Part shown: one piece after another, positions 1-17,989 of the stretch
Position numbering within the stretch: the first letter of the stretch is position 1
How the letters are laid out: every line of letters begins with the position of its first letter
NCBI GenBank assembly: GCA_964016885.1
Contig: OZ024747.1
Location: forward strand, 49,352,001-49,416,000
DNA length: 64,000 nucleotides
Origin: Eledone cirrhosa
Lineage: Eukaryota
Direction: 5' to 3'
The notes under the pieces: model-generated
The model's database searches: none
Told to the model about the DNA's origin: nothing
Seen by the model: only the letters and a program-made list of their open reading frames with translations
Position numbers and translations under genes: made by a program

Positions 1-531
1 AGCTTGGCGTCCGACCCTCTATATATAATACAAGGACGATTTGTTAAGCTTTCATTACTTTTATTGATTGGTGACGCGCATTTCACTATTGATCAGCTCA
101 AGGTTCGATCTGTATCGAAAGCTCGTCGGACTTCTGCTGTTGCAATGGCAGAATTAACATATAAAGAAATGTCTGTAATGTTTCACATTCATATGGTGGT
201 CAGTTTGTTGTTTTGATTGGTGGTTTAGCTATGAGCAATGTTTTGGCATGTGTGGTAGGTGAGGGAGGAGTATAGTGACGAGGTGGGGGTGGGAGCAGTG
301 GTTGATGTGAGTTGCAGGGGGGGGGGTGTTTTGGTTTATCATAGACATTTTGGTGTGTACTTGGTGAGGCAGAGGGGCTGTATGTGTGTGGATGTGGTAT
401 GTTGCTTGATGGAACATGAGTGCGATGCTGTACTAGGCATAGTGGGGTTTCTGCTGGTCATCAGTTTGTCACGGAAGGTTGAGTGGAAAGGAGCGGTGAA
501 TCTACAGTAACTTCATGTTACACTCCCTCGT

Positions 532-563
<32 letters not shown>

Positions 564-660
564 CAGGGAATGTAACGCGCAGTTACTGTACGTTCATCCG
601 GGTGAGCACTCAATGTTTAGGTTCACGTCTGTAGTTACTCCTTCATAACGTTTATTGGTT

Positions 661-1109
661 GGTGAAGCGCATTTTGCCACCGATCAGCTCAAGGTTCGAT
701 CTACGAGGGCAATCCCAAAAGTAAGGTCTCCTTCCGATATTGCAACTTTTCCGTTAAAATCCTGTGGATGGTGCTTCGCGGAACCTCAGCAACTAAAATG
801 CAGAGAGCATCCAGAGTGATCCTCCGATCTTTACGTATGTTTTCCTCGGGAGGAGACCTTACTTTTGGGATTGCTCTCGTATATAATAACTGCACGAAAT
901 TCGCACTTGGCGGTAACGTTCAAACGGCTGCCAAGATTCAGCATCCCAGCGAAGCGCACGCATGCTTGTTTGCGAGTGAAGGAAGCACCAATCGCAACAG
1001 TGTTGCCAACAGCCGTACGAACAGTTTCTCTGCATCCCCATCGCTTTGGAGACCTTACTTTTGGGATTACCCTCGAAGCATGACTCTGTAATCAACGGCT
1101 CATCAGACC
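661..1109 (-). ncRNA. Degenerate type I hammerhead ribozyme (Penelope pLTR type) split by the mariner insertion
   Basis: Minus strand: ggt-CTGATGA-gccgttgat...[mariner]...atcggtggc-aAAA-tgcgct-TC-acc. A related 3' half with intact GAAA-tgcgcg-TC-acc lies at about 60-110. Confidence 0.6.
704..1075 (-). mobile_element. Rearranged mariner (Tc1/mariner) remnant with three TIR copies
   Basis: 28-bp TIR cgagggcaatcccaaaagtaaggtctcc at 704-731 (TA before), inverted copies at 852-879 (TA after) and 1048-1075. Minus-strand transposase fragments RLNVTAKCEFRAVI and EENIRKDRRITLDALC...STIHRILTEKLQYRK (mariner HTH region). Confidence 0.85.
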
Positions 1110-1757
1110 CTTTTTGGTGGTAATGATAGAATGAATATACATGGTGTACAATATCTATCTATCTATCAACAATATTAATAAATAGAAAAATATCATTTAA
1201 ATACCATATTTATTCTATTATACGTATTTCAAGGACACAAAGATTTTGTGTGCTTACATCAGATAAAATATAATATTTAGTGTTAAGATATACATATAAC
1301 CTTAGCATAGTCTTAATAGTATAAGCTTGCTAACAGTAGTGAGGTACAAATTCAAATTACAATGATATAAGTAAACGAGGATACATTAAAACAGAAAAAG
1401 ACTGTTATTATAGACGCTACATAAATTTTGAAAAATAGCGTATTTATATTGTTCGTGTGGTGGTCGTTAAAGTGTGAAGTATTGGTGTAGACGGAAAAAA
1501 TGAAACGAAATTTCATTTCCCACTCTTAGTACGGCTGTTACTTAAATATAAGTCTGTACACGTACATACATATATGTATACAGATGTACAGTAGTATGTA
1601 TATATATATATACATACGGATTCACTGAACATTTATTATGATGCTCGGTGTGTTTGTAAACAAACATCCCGTATTATGCCGTAGTGTCTAGCAACCATCG
1701 TTGCTCGTTTTTTCGTCGAAACGGCTTGAGCTCAGCCGTCGGGGTCTTACTGGTTCC

Positions 1758-8996
<7,239 letters not shown>

Positions 8997-11577
8997 AGGA
9001 AGAACATTTAGAGTCGGACAATATAGAGGGAGAGTGGGAATTTCTGAAAGCAAACCTGCTGTTGGCGACAGACGAAGTCTGTGGCTGGAGCAGGCCTGTA
9101 GGCAGGAGGAGAGTAACATGGTGGTGGAACAGTAAGGTGGAGGGGTCAATTAAGGCCAAAAAGCAGGCTTGGAAAGTATGGCGGGATGGGGGAAGTAGAG
9201 AGGACTATCAAGTGGCCAGGAGGGAAGCTAGGAGACAAGTGTACTTAGCAAGAAGGGAAGCTGAGGAAAGAAAGTTCAAGCATGTTCTACAACGCGATGA
9301 CCAAAAACGTGAGGTGTTCAGGATTGCTAGGCAATGCGTCAAGGAAAACCGTGATATTGTCGGGGAGAAGTGTGTACTAAACGACGATGGCACACTTGCC
9401 ATCACCGACGCTGATAAGAAGGTAGCTTGGAAGTGTCACTATGAAAGGCTTCTAAATGAGGAGAATAATTGGGAGAAAGGCAGTCTCCCCCATATCGACC
9501 CAATAGAGGGACCAGCAGTGTTAGTCGAGGGGAGTATAATAAGTAAGGCAATCAAGGATATGAAGACTGGTAAGGCGGCTGGGCCTTCGGAAATAGTTGC
9601 TGAGATGCTGAAGGCATCTGGCACGGTGGGACACACCATGGTCACCCGCATAGTTAACCAAGTCGTACAGAATGGGGTTGTTCCGAAGGACTGGCATAGC
9701 AGCATCATCGTTAACTGTTATAAGGGTAAAGGAGACGCCCTAGATAGGAGTAACTATAGAGGCATTAAATTAATCGACCAGGTCATGAAGGTCACGGAAA
9801 GAGTAATAGCGCAACTAATCAGAGAGAGAATTGACCTAGATGAAATGCAGTTCGGGTTTGTGTCAGGCAAAAGTACCACAGACGCTCTTTTCATAGTACG
9901 ACAACTACAGGAGAAGTACCTAGCTAAAGGTAAACCCCTCTACTTAGCTTTTGTCGACTTGGAGAAAGCCTTCGACAGAGTCCCCCGCTCCATTATCTGG
10001 TGGGCTCTTAGAAAACTAGGCGTTGACGAATGGCTTGTGAGGGCTATACAAGCCATGTATAAAGAAACAGTCAGCAAGGTTAGAATTAACAACGAATATA
10101 GTGAAGAGTTTAGCGTAAAAGTTGGCGTCCATCAGGGCTCTGTTCTCAGTCCACTACTATTTATTATTGCCCTTCAGGCTATAACAGAGGAGTTCAAGAC
10201 AGGCTGCCCATGGGAACTCCTATACGCAGACGACCTGACACTCATAGCGGAATCAATGGCCGAGCTAGAGAAGAAATTCCAAACATGGAAGCACGGCCTA
10301 GAGTCAAAAGGACTTAAAATTAACCTGGCTAAGACCAAAGTGCTAGTTTGTAGGAAAGAAAACAAGGCGGCGGTCCCTTCTGGGAAATGGTCGTGCTCGG
10401 TGTGTAGGAAAGGCGTAGGTAGAAACTCCATTTTATGTCCTAAATGCAAAGTATGGGTGCATAAAAGATGTAGTGGGATCACAGGTAAGCTAACTAAGAA
10501 CATAGATTTTACATGTGGCCGGTGCTCTGGTGCAATAAGTAGCAGCAAGTGCCCACAAACTACTAGCTCTTTCAATTGCGCAGAGGGTTCTATAGAAATA
10601 GTGGACAGCTTCCGTTACCTGGGCGATAAAATCAGCAGTGGGGGAGGGTGCTCTGAAAGTACTGTAGCTAGAGTCAGAACTGGTTGGAAAAAGTTCAGAG
10701 AGCTTATACCACTATTAGCTGCTAAAGGGTTCTCACTAAAAATGAAAGGCAGGTTGTACGATGCCTGCATACGAACAGCAATGCTGCATGGCAGTGAGAC
10801 CTGGGCATTGTGTGCAGAGGATATACGCAGACTAGAGAGGAACGAAGCTTGCATGCTCCGCTGGATGTGTAACAGTAATATACGTGAACGGCAAAGCATA
10901 AACGAACTAAGGAAAAAATTAGAGATAAGAGGGATCAGATGTTGTTTACTCGAGAGAAGGCTACGTTGGTATGGACACGTGATGCGCATGAAAGTCGATA
11001 GCTGTATAACAAAGTGCAGGGCAATAAAGATAGACGGTAGTCACGGAATAGGCAGACCTAGAAAAACCTGGGACGAGCTGATAAACTCCGACATCACACA
11101 CTTACACCTCTCCAAGACAATGTCACTGGACCGAGACCTTTGGCGGTACTCAGTAACAGAGAAGACCCGCCTTACCTAAATATATAGTAAAACCTACTCC
11201 AGCCAGTAGGCATCTTTAACAAAATACACCCCGTCCCACCACCCCCACCCCCACCCGATCCACACCACCCCGTTCTATGTAAAGTTATGTTGGTGCCGCG
11301 CCTTCGAGGCCGAAACAAATGAGATCGTGTAGGTGTCACGACAAAAAAACACACAGTCCACGCTGTAATGTGGCCGTGTAGGCAACACGGTAAAAACCTC
11401 CCAGACCCACACTGTAAATGTGGTTGGTGTTAGGAAGGGCATCCAACTGTAGAAAACCTGCCAGACAGTCCTATGCGAGCAAGACAATCACTCTTGCCTC
11501 AAGTGGGACTACCCCCGTCCAAACCCATGCAAGCGTGGAACACGGACGTTAAACGTTGATGATGATGATGATGATGA
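8997..11577 (+). mobile_element. RTE-clade LINE, 5'-truncated (no endonuclease domain), uninterrupted RT ORF, 3' UTR and (GAT)n tail
   Basis: Frame open 8999-11179: YKGKGD..NYRGI, QFGF, FVDLEKAFDRV, GVHQGSVLSPLLF, LLYADD, HGSETW, RLRWYGHV, GRPRKTW; tail ggacgttaaacgtt(gat)n. Inserted in the TA satellite. Confidence 0.95.
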
Positions 11578-11952
11578 TATATATTTTATATATATATATA
11601 TATATTTTATATATATATATATATTTTATATATATATATATATTTTATATATATATATATATTTTATATATATATATATATATTTTATATATATATATAT
11701 ATTTTATATATATATATATATTTTATATATATATATATATTTTATATATATATATATATTTTATATATATATATATATATTTTATATATATATATATATT
11801 TTATATATATATATATATTTTATATATATATATATATTTTATATATATATATATATTTTATATATATATATATATATTTTATATATATATATATATATTT
11901 TATATATATATATATATATTTTATATATATATATATATTTTATATATATATA

Positions 11953-11984
<32 letters not shown>

Positions 11985-12420
11985 TTATATATATTTTATA
12001 TATATATATATATTTTATATATATATATATATTTTATATATATATATATATTTTATATATATATATATATTTTATATATATATATATATTTTATATATAT
12101 ATATATATTTTATATATATATATATATTTTATATATATATATATATTTTATATATATATATATATTTTATATATATATATATATTTTATATATATATATA
12201 TATTTTATATATATATATATATTTTATAATATATATATATATTTTATATATATATATATATATATTCTATATATATATATATATTTTATATATATATATA
12301 TTTTATATATATATATATATTTTATATATATATGTGTGTATATTTTATATATGTATATGTGTATATGTATGCGTGTGTAATTATGTGTATATATATATTT
12401 ATATATATATATACACACAC
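11578..12420. repeat. (TA)n-TTT satellite, right part
   Basis: Same unit and polarity as 1758-8996. Confidence 0.97.
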
Positions 12421-12786
12421 ATACATAGTCTCCGATATTCTAATGACTAAATGTTAGCAGAAGGGCACCCAGGAGTCATGATCTGGATACTGCCTGGTCC
12501 CCTTACGGTGTAAGATGTTAAGGGCAAAAACACCCGCTTGAGGGGTGGACTTCTTCTATGAAGACCTGTTCATCTTTCCTGAGACTTTCTTACCACATTA
12601 TTGCCTTCGTTTTTTTTAATCTTTTTTTCGTTACTCGTCCCTCATCCCCCTCCCCGCTTTATTTTTCCTTCATTTTTTTTTAGTTATTTTATCACACCCA
12701 CAACCCCTGACCCTATTTATACTGTTTATTCAATAGTCTAGCTTTTCATTTATATTGAGAAATTGTTTATTAATGCAATAAAGTCT

Positions 12787-12842
<56 letters not shown>

Positions 12843-12868
12843 GTGTATATATATATATATATATATAA

Positions 12869-13470
12869 ATTACACAATAATCAAAACTATGTTCAAATCA
12901 TTTTATTTCTGACAATCGTTTCTTCCAAACTTTCGTTTGGAATCATCGGAGCACTAGCAAAGTTTGGACATATAATTAACTTCCTATTCAACTGAACAAT
13001 CATATAGATACATGGATATTAATGTTGTCATCAACAGTTTCATATTTACAGAGTGGAATGGATGTGACAGAGATTACAACAGAATTGTATAATAATTAAA
13101 GAAGCATTAAGGTAGAAAATTACTCATAAAACGAGGACATTAGCAGTACATATGCAAGCGTATAGAGAGTGCAAATGCGTTAGGCATATACAGGACAGCT
13201 AGGCAGGAAACAAGCAATGGTACTAGGCATATATAATTACTGTATGGCAAAGGTATCACATAAAATAACATAGGTTTACAAGCATATCAAGCAGGGAAAG
13301 ATGTTTGTGTATAAAAATTATGAGTTTATGGTGGATGTAGTGTGATAGTTGTTTCTGTAATGTTCAAATGTGCATGTGTTGAGAGTATCAATGTTATTGC
13401 TATCTTTTCCTTTACATTGGTTATATTTTATTTTGGTGAATGTTTTGTAAAAAAACCCTCACTTTCTAAT
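12869..13470 (-). mobile_element. Penelope-like 3' fragment with degenerate hammerhead
   Basis: Flanked by (TA)n on both sides. Minus strand 12904-12957 reads CcGATGA-ttccaaac(gaaa)gtttggaa-GAAA-cgattg-TC-agaaata-aaa. Confidence 0.55.
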
Positions 13471-13547
13471 ATATATATATATATATATATGTTGATTTAA
13501 AACTGCACTATCCACAAGTGTTTTTTAACCTTCATATCATGTCCTCC

Positions 13548-13614
13548 TATTTTATCTGATGAAAACACGTTATTGCATGATGATATTTGTTTTTGAAATG
13601 CGCATAATAAAATA
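13548..13614 (+). ncRNA. Type I hammerhead ribozyme in a ~155-bp TA-flanked solo pLTR-like unit (13491-13645)
   Basis: tattttat-CTGATGA-aaaca...tgttttt-GAAA-tgcgca-TA-ataaaata: perfect 8-bp stem I, intact core, palindromic stem III (atgcgcat). Confidence 0.75.
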
Positions 13615-13784
13615 CATGGAACTCGTTTAACCATCTTTTGATCTTATATATATATATATACTTACTTAGGGTAAACATTGATGCAATTCAAATCAAGCAC
13701 TCAACGTACTTTTTCCACATAGGAGTGACGGAGTAAATATCGAATAAGGAAAAGCGAAGTAGTTTCAGATGTTCAAGTCTTTTA

Positions 13785-13903
13785 ATAATAATTGTTTTTA
13801 CTTTTTGGCATAAGGCCAGCAATTACCCAGTGCATTACTGGTACTTTATTTTATTGACCTCGTAAGGATGAAAGGCAAAGTCAACCTCAGCGGGATTTGA
13901 ACT
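13785..13903 (-). mobile_element. SINE family 1, 3' fragment
   Basis: Same body as 48406, 58157 and 62195 (gtaaggatgaaaggcaaagtcaacctc). Confidence 0.75.
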
Positions 13904-14304
13904 AATAATGCTGTGATATATATTTCAATGACGACACTGGCCACACTGTTCTGTGTGGCAGTGTCGCTTGGTGAGAGGTTGTATTGGGACCTGTAAATAC
14001 TAACTCTCTCCCATCCCCTCTGGCTTTCAGCTGACTGCCACAGACGGGATGGGTAGCAGTACACTATGGTACAGGTCTGAATGGGTCATTGTTTGGCTGA
14101 GAGGGGGAACTGACTAAGCGAATTTCGTTGAAATCTGCAGTAGCTAATGGTCAACTTCCTTCGGACATGCGCCTGCGCAAACTGTTGGGGGTGAATTGGT
14201 ACTCACAGGGGAACGGATGAAGAATTCAAAAGCACACACTTCGTCCGTTCCCATGTCGATTCAATTTGGATTGCCTCGGAAACATAACCTTACTATATAT
14301 ATAT

Positions 14305-14712
14305 ATCATCATCATCATCATCACCGTTTTACGTCCGTTCTTCCACGCTAGCATGGGTTAGACGGGTTGTCCTGTTGTGGGCAGTGTCTGGTCGGCTGAC
14401 CATGCCTTGCTCATACAGGAACTGATCTGGCTTGATTTCTACAGCTGGATGCCCTTCCTAACACCAACCTCATTTACAGTGAGTGCTGGGTGCTTTTTCG
14501 TGGCGCCTACACGTCCACTTTACAGTGTGGGCTGGGTGCTTTTTTGCCGTGGCACCTCCACGACCACCTTGCGGTGGGGGGGGGGGGGGGCATATTGTTT
14601 ATATGCTTCAGCATGTACCCATGGGAGGTCGGGTACCCTGTATTACTGCGTGACGCCAGAAGTCACGGTCGTGTGTCATTGACTTTGAGAGGTGTAGTTG
14701 GGTAAGGTCGGC
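14305..14712 (-). mobile_element. RTE LINE 3' end (~410 bp) in (TA)n
   Basis: Reverse complement of 59977-60392, apparently identical apart from homopolymer and tail length. Confidence 0.92.
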
Positions 14713-14726
14713 ATATATATATATAT

Positions 14727-14868
14727 GGAGGCACATGACTTAGTGGTTAGAGCATTGGCCTTGCAATCGAAAGGTTGTGAGTTCAATTCTCAGACCGGGT
14801 GATGTTGTTTCCTTGAGCAAGACACTTTATTTCACATTGCTCGAGTTTACTCAGCTGTAGAAATGAGA
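14727..14868 (+). mobile_element. tRNA-derived SINE family 2 (CORE/V-like central motif)
   Basis: A box tagtggttaga, B box gagttcaattc, then tccttgagcaagacactttatttcac. Other copies at 49728, and degenerate at about 25615 and 45890. Confidence 0.75.
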
Positions 14869-15086
14869 TGATAGGAATTGGGGTTCATATCATTCCACTG
14901 CAAAGTGGTCGTGTAGGTGCCACGGCAAAAAAGCACCCAGCACTCACTGTAAATGAGGTTGGTGTTAGGAAGGGCATCCAGCTGTAGAAATCGAGCCAGA
15001 ATCAGTTTCCGTCCCACCCTTGCAAAGTGAGGTTTTTTTACAAAATGAAAAAAAAAAAAAAAAAGCGAGGTGTCCTATACCAGTAT

Positions 15087-15360
15087 AAGAAAAAAAGATG
15101 AAATCGTAAATGCAACTGGAGTCTTTTTTTTGTTTTAAACATATATTTATTTGGTTCCTTTACCAGTTTCGGAGTTCTTCTGCTTTCAAAAGTAGAGGGT
15201 TTGTGGTTTTTCTCACAGATGTAAGAAAAACCACAAACCCTCCATCTCAATTCTACTTTTGAAAAGCAGAAGAACTCCGAAACCGGTAAAGGAACCAAAT
15301 AAATATATATTTAAAAAAAAAAGACTCCAGTTGCATTTTCGATTTCATCTTTTTTCCTTT
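15087..15360. repeat. Imperfect palindrome (~125-bp arms) with hammerhead 3' half
   Basis: Arms aagatgaaatcg...ggtttttct and agaaaaacc...cgatttcatctt; the right arm contains cGAAA-ccgg-TA-aagga followed by an A-rich aaataaa motif. Confidence 0.85.
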
Positions 15361-15463
15361 TATATATATAGATATATATATAACAAAGGAAATGTGGTAA
15401 GGAACCAGGTGGACCATAACGCACCAAAGTACTCAATACTTAGGGTAGTAGAGTGGGTAATAG

Positions 15464-15556
15464 GAACGAGTAGGACCCCGGCGGCTGAGCTCAAGCCGTT
15501 GGACTGAATTAGCCGTCGAAACGGCTTGAGCTCAGCCGCCGGGGTCCTACTCGTTC
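15464..15556. repeat. Perfect 37-bp inverted repeat (19-nt spacer), hammerhead 3' half
   Basis: gaacgagtaggaccccggcggctgagctcaagccgtt and its exact reverse complement; a third diverged copy lies at 1714-1757. Confidence 0.9.
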
Positions 15557-16019
15557 ATCATTTTACGTCCGCTTTTCCCTGCTTGCTCCTATATATATAT
15601 ATATATAAAGGAGGCTGTGATGCTTTGAATTAATGTAGAGAATTCTTCTGCAACTGACGGAATGGTAAAAGTGATTATAAGATGTATATGTGTTTGCATA
15701 TGAGGGAGGGTGATATATATTTGATGGAAATGGATTTAGAGAGTGGAGAAACTTAATTAGAACTATCAGGAAAATAGAAATTTCGATGGAGTGGAATGAT
15801 ATCTTGCTGCTGACATCTTGGATTGGTGGAATAGAGAAGAATGGGGAATTGATAGCATTAGCTAGAATATTGTGGAGAGAAGAGGAAAGCTAGGGAGATA
15901 GTAAGAGAGAAGGAAAGTTGAGCGGAAAGGGGGGAGGAGAGATTATAGAAAGGGATAAAAAATGAAATATAAAATGTTTTTTTTAAATTTAATATCCTAA
16001 TCCTTTCAACTAAATCCTC

Positions 16020-16627
16020 ATCATTGTTTTTATGTCCACTATTCCACGCTTTCATGGGTTGGATTGGTCCTTTTCAGCACAGCACCTCTCTACATGCTGA
16101 ATTCTTTCGTCATCTCTTCTGTGAGACTCAGTGACTTGAGATCGGCTCCCGCAACCTCTGCCCAGGTCTTCCTTGGTCTACCTCTACTGTGGCTTCCTTC
16201 CACTGAGCTTTCCTGGCACTTCTTCACTCAGTGATCATCATCGATGCACATCACGTTTGTACCAATGCAGTCTTCTCTCTTGCACACCACTTCAGATTCC
16301 TCTTAACCCTTTAGCATTCACATTATTTTATATATACTATTGTATTTTCATGGTAAAGGCTTTACCTCACATAATTATCTCGCATAATATCGAACCTATG
16401 AGATTTTGAAAGTATTTATTTTGAGAACAATACCTTAACATCAGTTTGAGCGACCAGTTACAGCCAGTTTCAACAGAAAGAGGTAGAGATCTCTGGCCGG
16501 TTTGAACACTAAAGGGTTAAGCGCAGTTTCTCCCACAGTTCATCCAAGCACTGGCTTTGCCACATTTACATTGCACATCCAATGGAGCATGGTTGTTTCA
16601 TTTCTCTCCAAGTCTACACATATACTC

Positions 16628-16630
<3 letters not shown>
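16020..16630 (-). mobile_element. Decayed RTE 3' fragment interrupted by a piggyBac-like MITE
   Basis: RTE-type tail at about 16020; LERNETTMLHWMCNV on the minus strand. Confidence 0.7.
16307..16516. mobile_element. piggyBac-like MITE (210 bp)
   Basis: TTAA|ccctttagcattca ... tgaacactaaaggg|TTAA: TTAA target duplication and CCC...GGG 14-bp TIR with 2 mismatches. Confidence 0.85.
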
Positions 16631-16674
<44 letters not shown>

Positions 16675-16933
16675 ATATGCTTCTGCAGTTTCTGTTAACC
16701 AAATTTCATTCACAAGAAATTGGTGAATCCAAGACGATAGAACAAAATGCTGAAACATCCATCTTCTGATGGGAGAGTCCAAAATCTTCTGTGTGTGTAT
16801 GTATGTGTGTACATGTATATATTGATGTGTGTGTATTTATGTATATATATATATAGATAGATATGGACATGTGTGTGTGTTGGAAATCTATACTTTGCAG
16901 TAATTAATAATTTTCTATTTTTCTATATTCCAG

Positions 16934-17125
16934 CTTGAAAGCTTGGACTTAGATACTTCTTCTAAGTCTGAGATGACCGTTTCCTGTAGTTCCAGTCTCA
17001 TTGCCAACTTTAAGTTAGATGATGACTTTGATTCTGAGACTAGAGATTTATTTGTGATGGTGGATAATCCTGAGAAACACACAAGTACCTTGGAATCTTA
17101 CATTACATTCCGGATTAACACTAAA
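16934..17125 (+). CDS. SNX30: Sorting nexin-30/7-like (PX-BAR), internal exon A, start of PX domain
   Basis: Polypyrimidine tract and cag| acceptor, |gtaaga donor; 192 nt, phase 0-0; LESLDLD...[28 protein letters not shown] matches the SNX7/30 PX N-terminal strands. SNX30 versus SNX7 cannot be resolved by eye. Confidence 0.9.
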
Positions 17126-17260
17126 GTAAGATATTCACATCTCTGATGATGGCAGATTTTTTTTACTTTTTACTTTTTAATTTTTAATGATGATTTTTTT
17201 AGTGATCTTATCATCGTCACTATTGTTGCGAACATTATTATCATTGCTATCATCACTTGG

Positions 17261-17467
17261 CATCACCACCACCATCACCACCACCATCACCACCACCATC
17301 ACTACCATCATCATTACCACCAAGACAAACACCACCATCACCATTATCACCGATATCACCACCACCACCACCACCAAGACAACCAACACCACCACCATTA
17401 CCACCACCATCATTACCAACATCACCACCACCATCATTATCACCAACACCACCATCATTACTATCAC
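17261..17467. repeat. (CAC/CAT)n trinucleotide repeat followed by a hairpin at 17467-17505
   Basis: Read directly; hairpin ctagcagaaaa-accac...gtgg-cttttctgctag. Confidence 0.9.
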
Positions 17468-17989
17468 TAGCAGAAAAACCACCCTTCGTGTGGCTTTTCT
17501 GCTAGCATGTGTAGTGTGTATATTGATATTATACACAAGTATATATGCATGTAGATATGATACATCAAATAAAATCGTAATTGACAATATACACAGAAAC
17601 TGAAACACTCTCTTATGTAATCAGTAATGTAATCCATGATACATTAAAAAAAAGACGATATTATATATAAACTGCATTAGGAGAAAATTAGTGACAGAAA
17701 TATATGAATATTTATTTAAACGATCGCTAACCGGAAGTGTTGACATTTGAAAATTTTAAAGAAGTGAATCTTTAAATACAAAATTTAGTAGATTAATTAT
17801 GTAATATTCATTCATTATTTATTCAAAGTAATCCAACTTATTTTACTAACTGGATTAAAAGAAATAAACTGTACGCAGTCCTGCACTCCTTACTTTGTTA
17901 TAGTTTAGATTGCCACCATCATTAACACCAACATACTGCCACCATCACTGCCGCCGCCGCCACCACCTTTCCAATCTTCGCAGGTCCTC

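Noticed and set aside
9208-10989. Minus-strand ORFs over the RTE (also 58962-59951)
   Set aside because: Antisense shadows of the RT frame with no independent motifs.
9062-11179. Autonomous full-length LINE
   Set aside because: No endonuclease domain or real start codon; the frame begins at the satellite junction, so it is 5'-truncated.
17177-17608. Thr-, Val- or Pro-rich mucin/extensin-like ORFs
   Set aside because: Translations of a (CAC/CAT)n repeat inside an intron.
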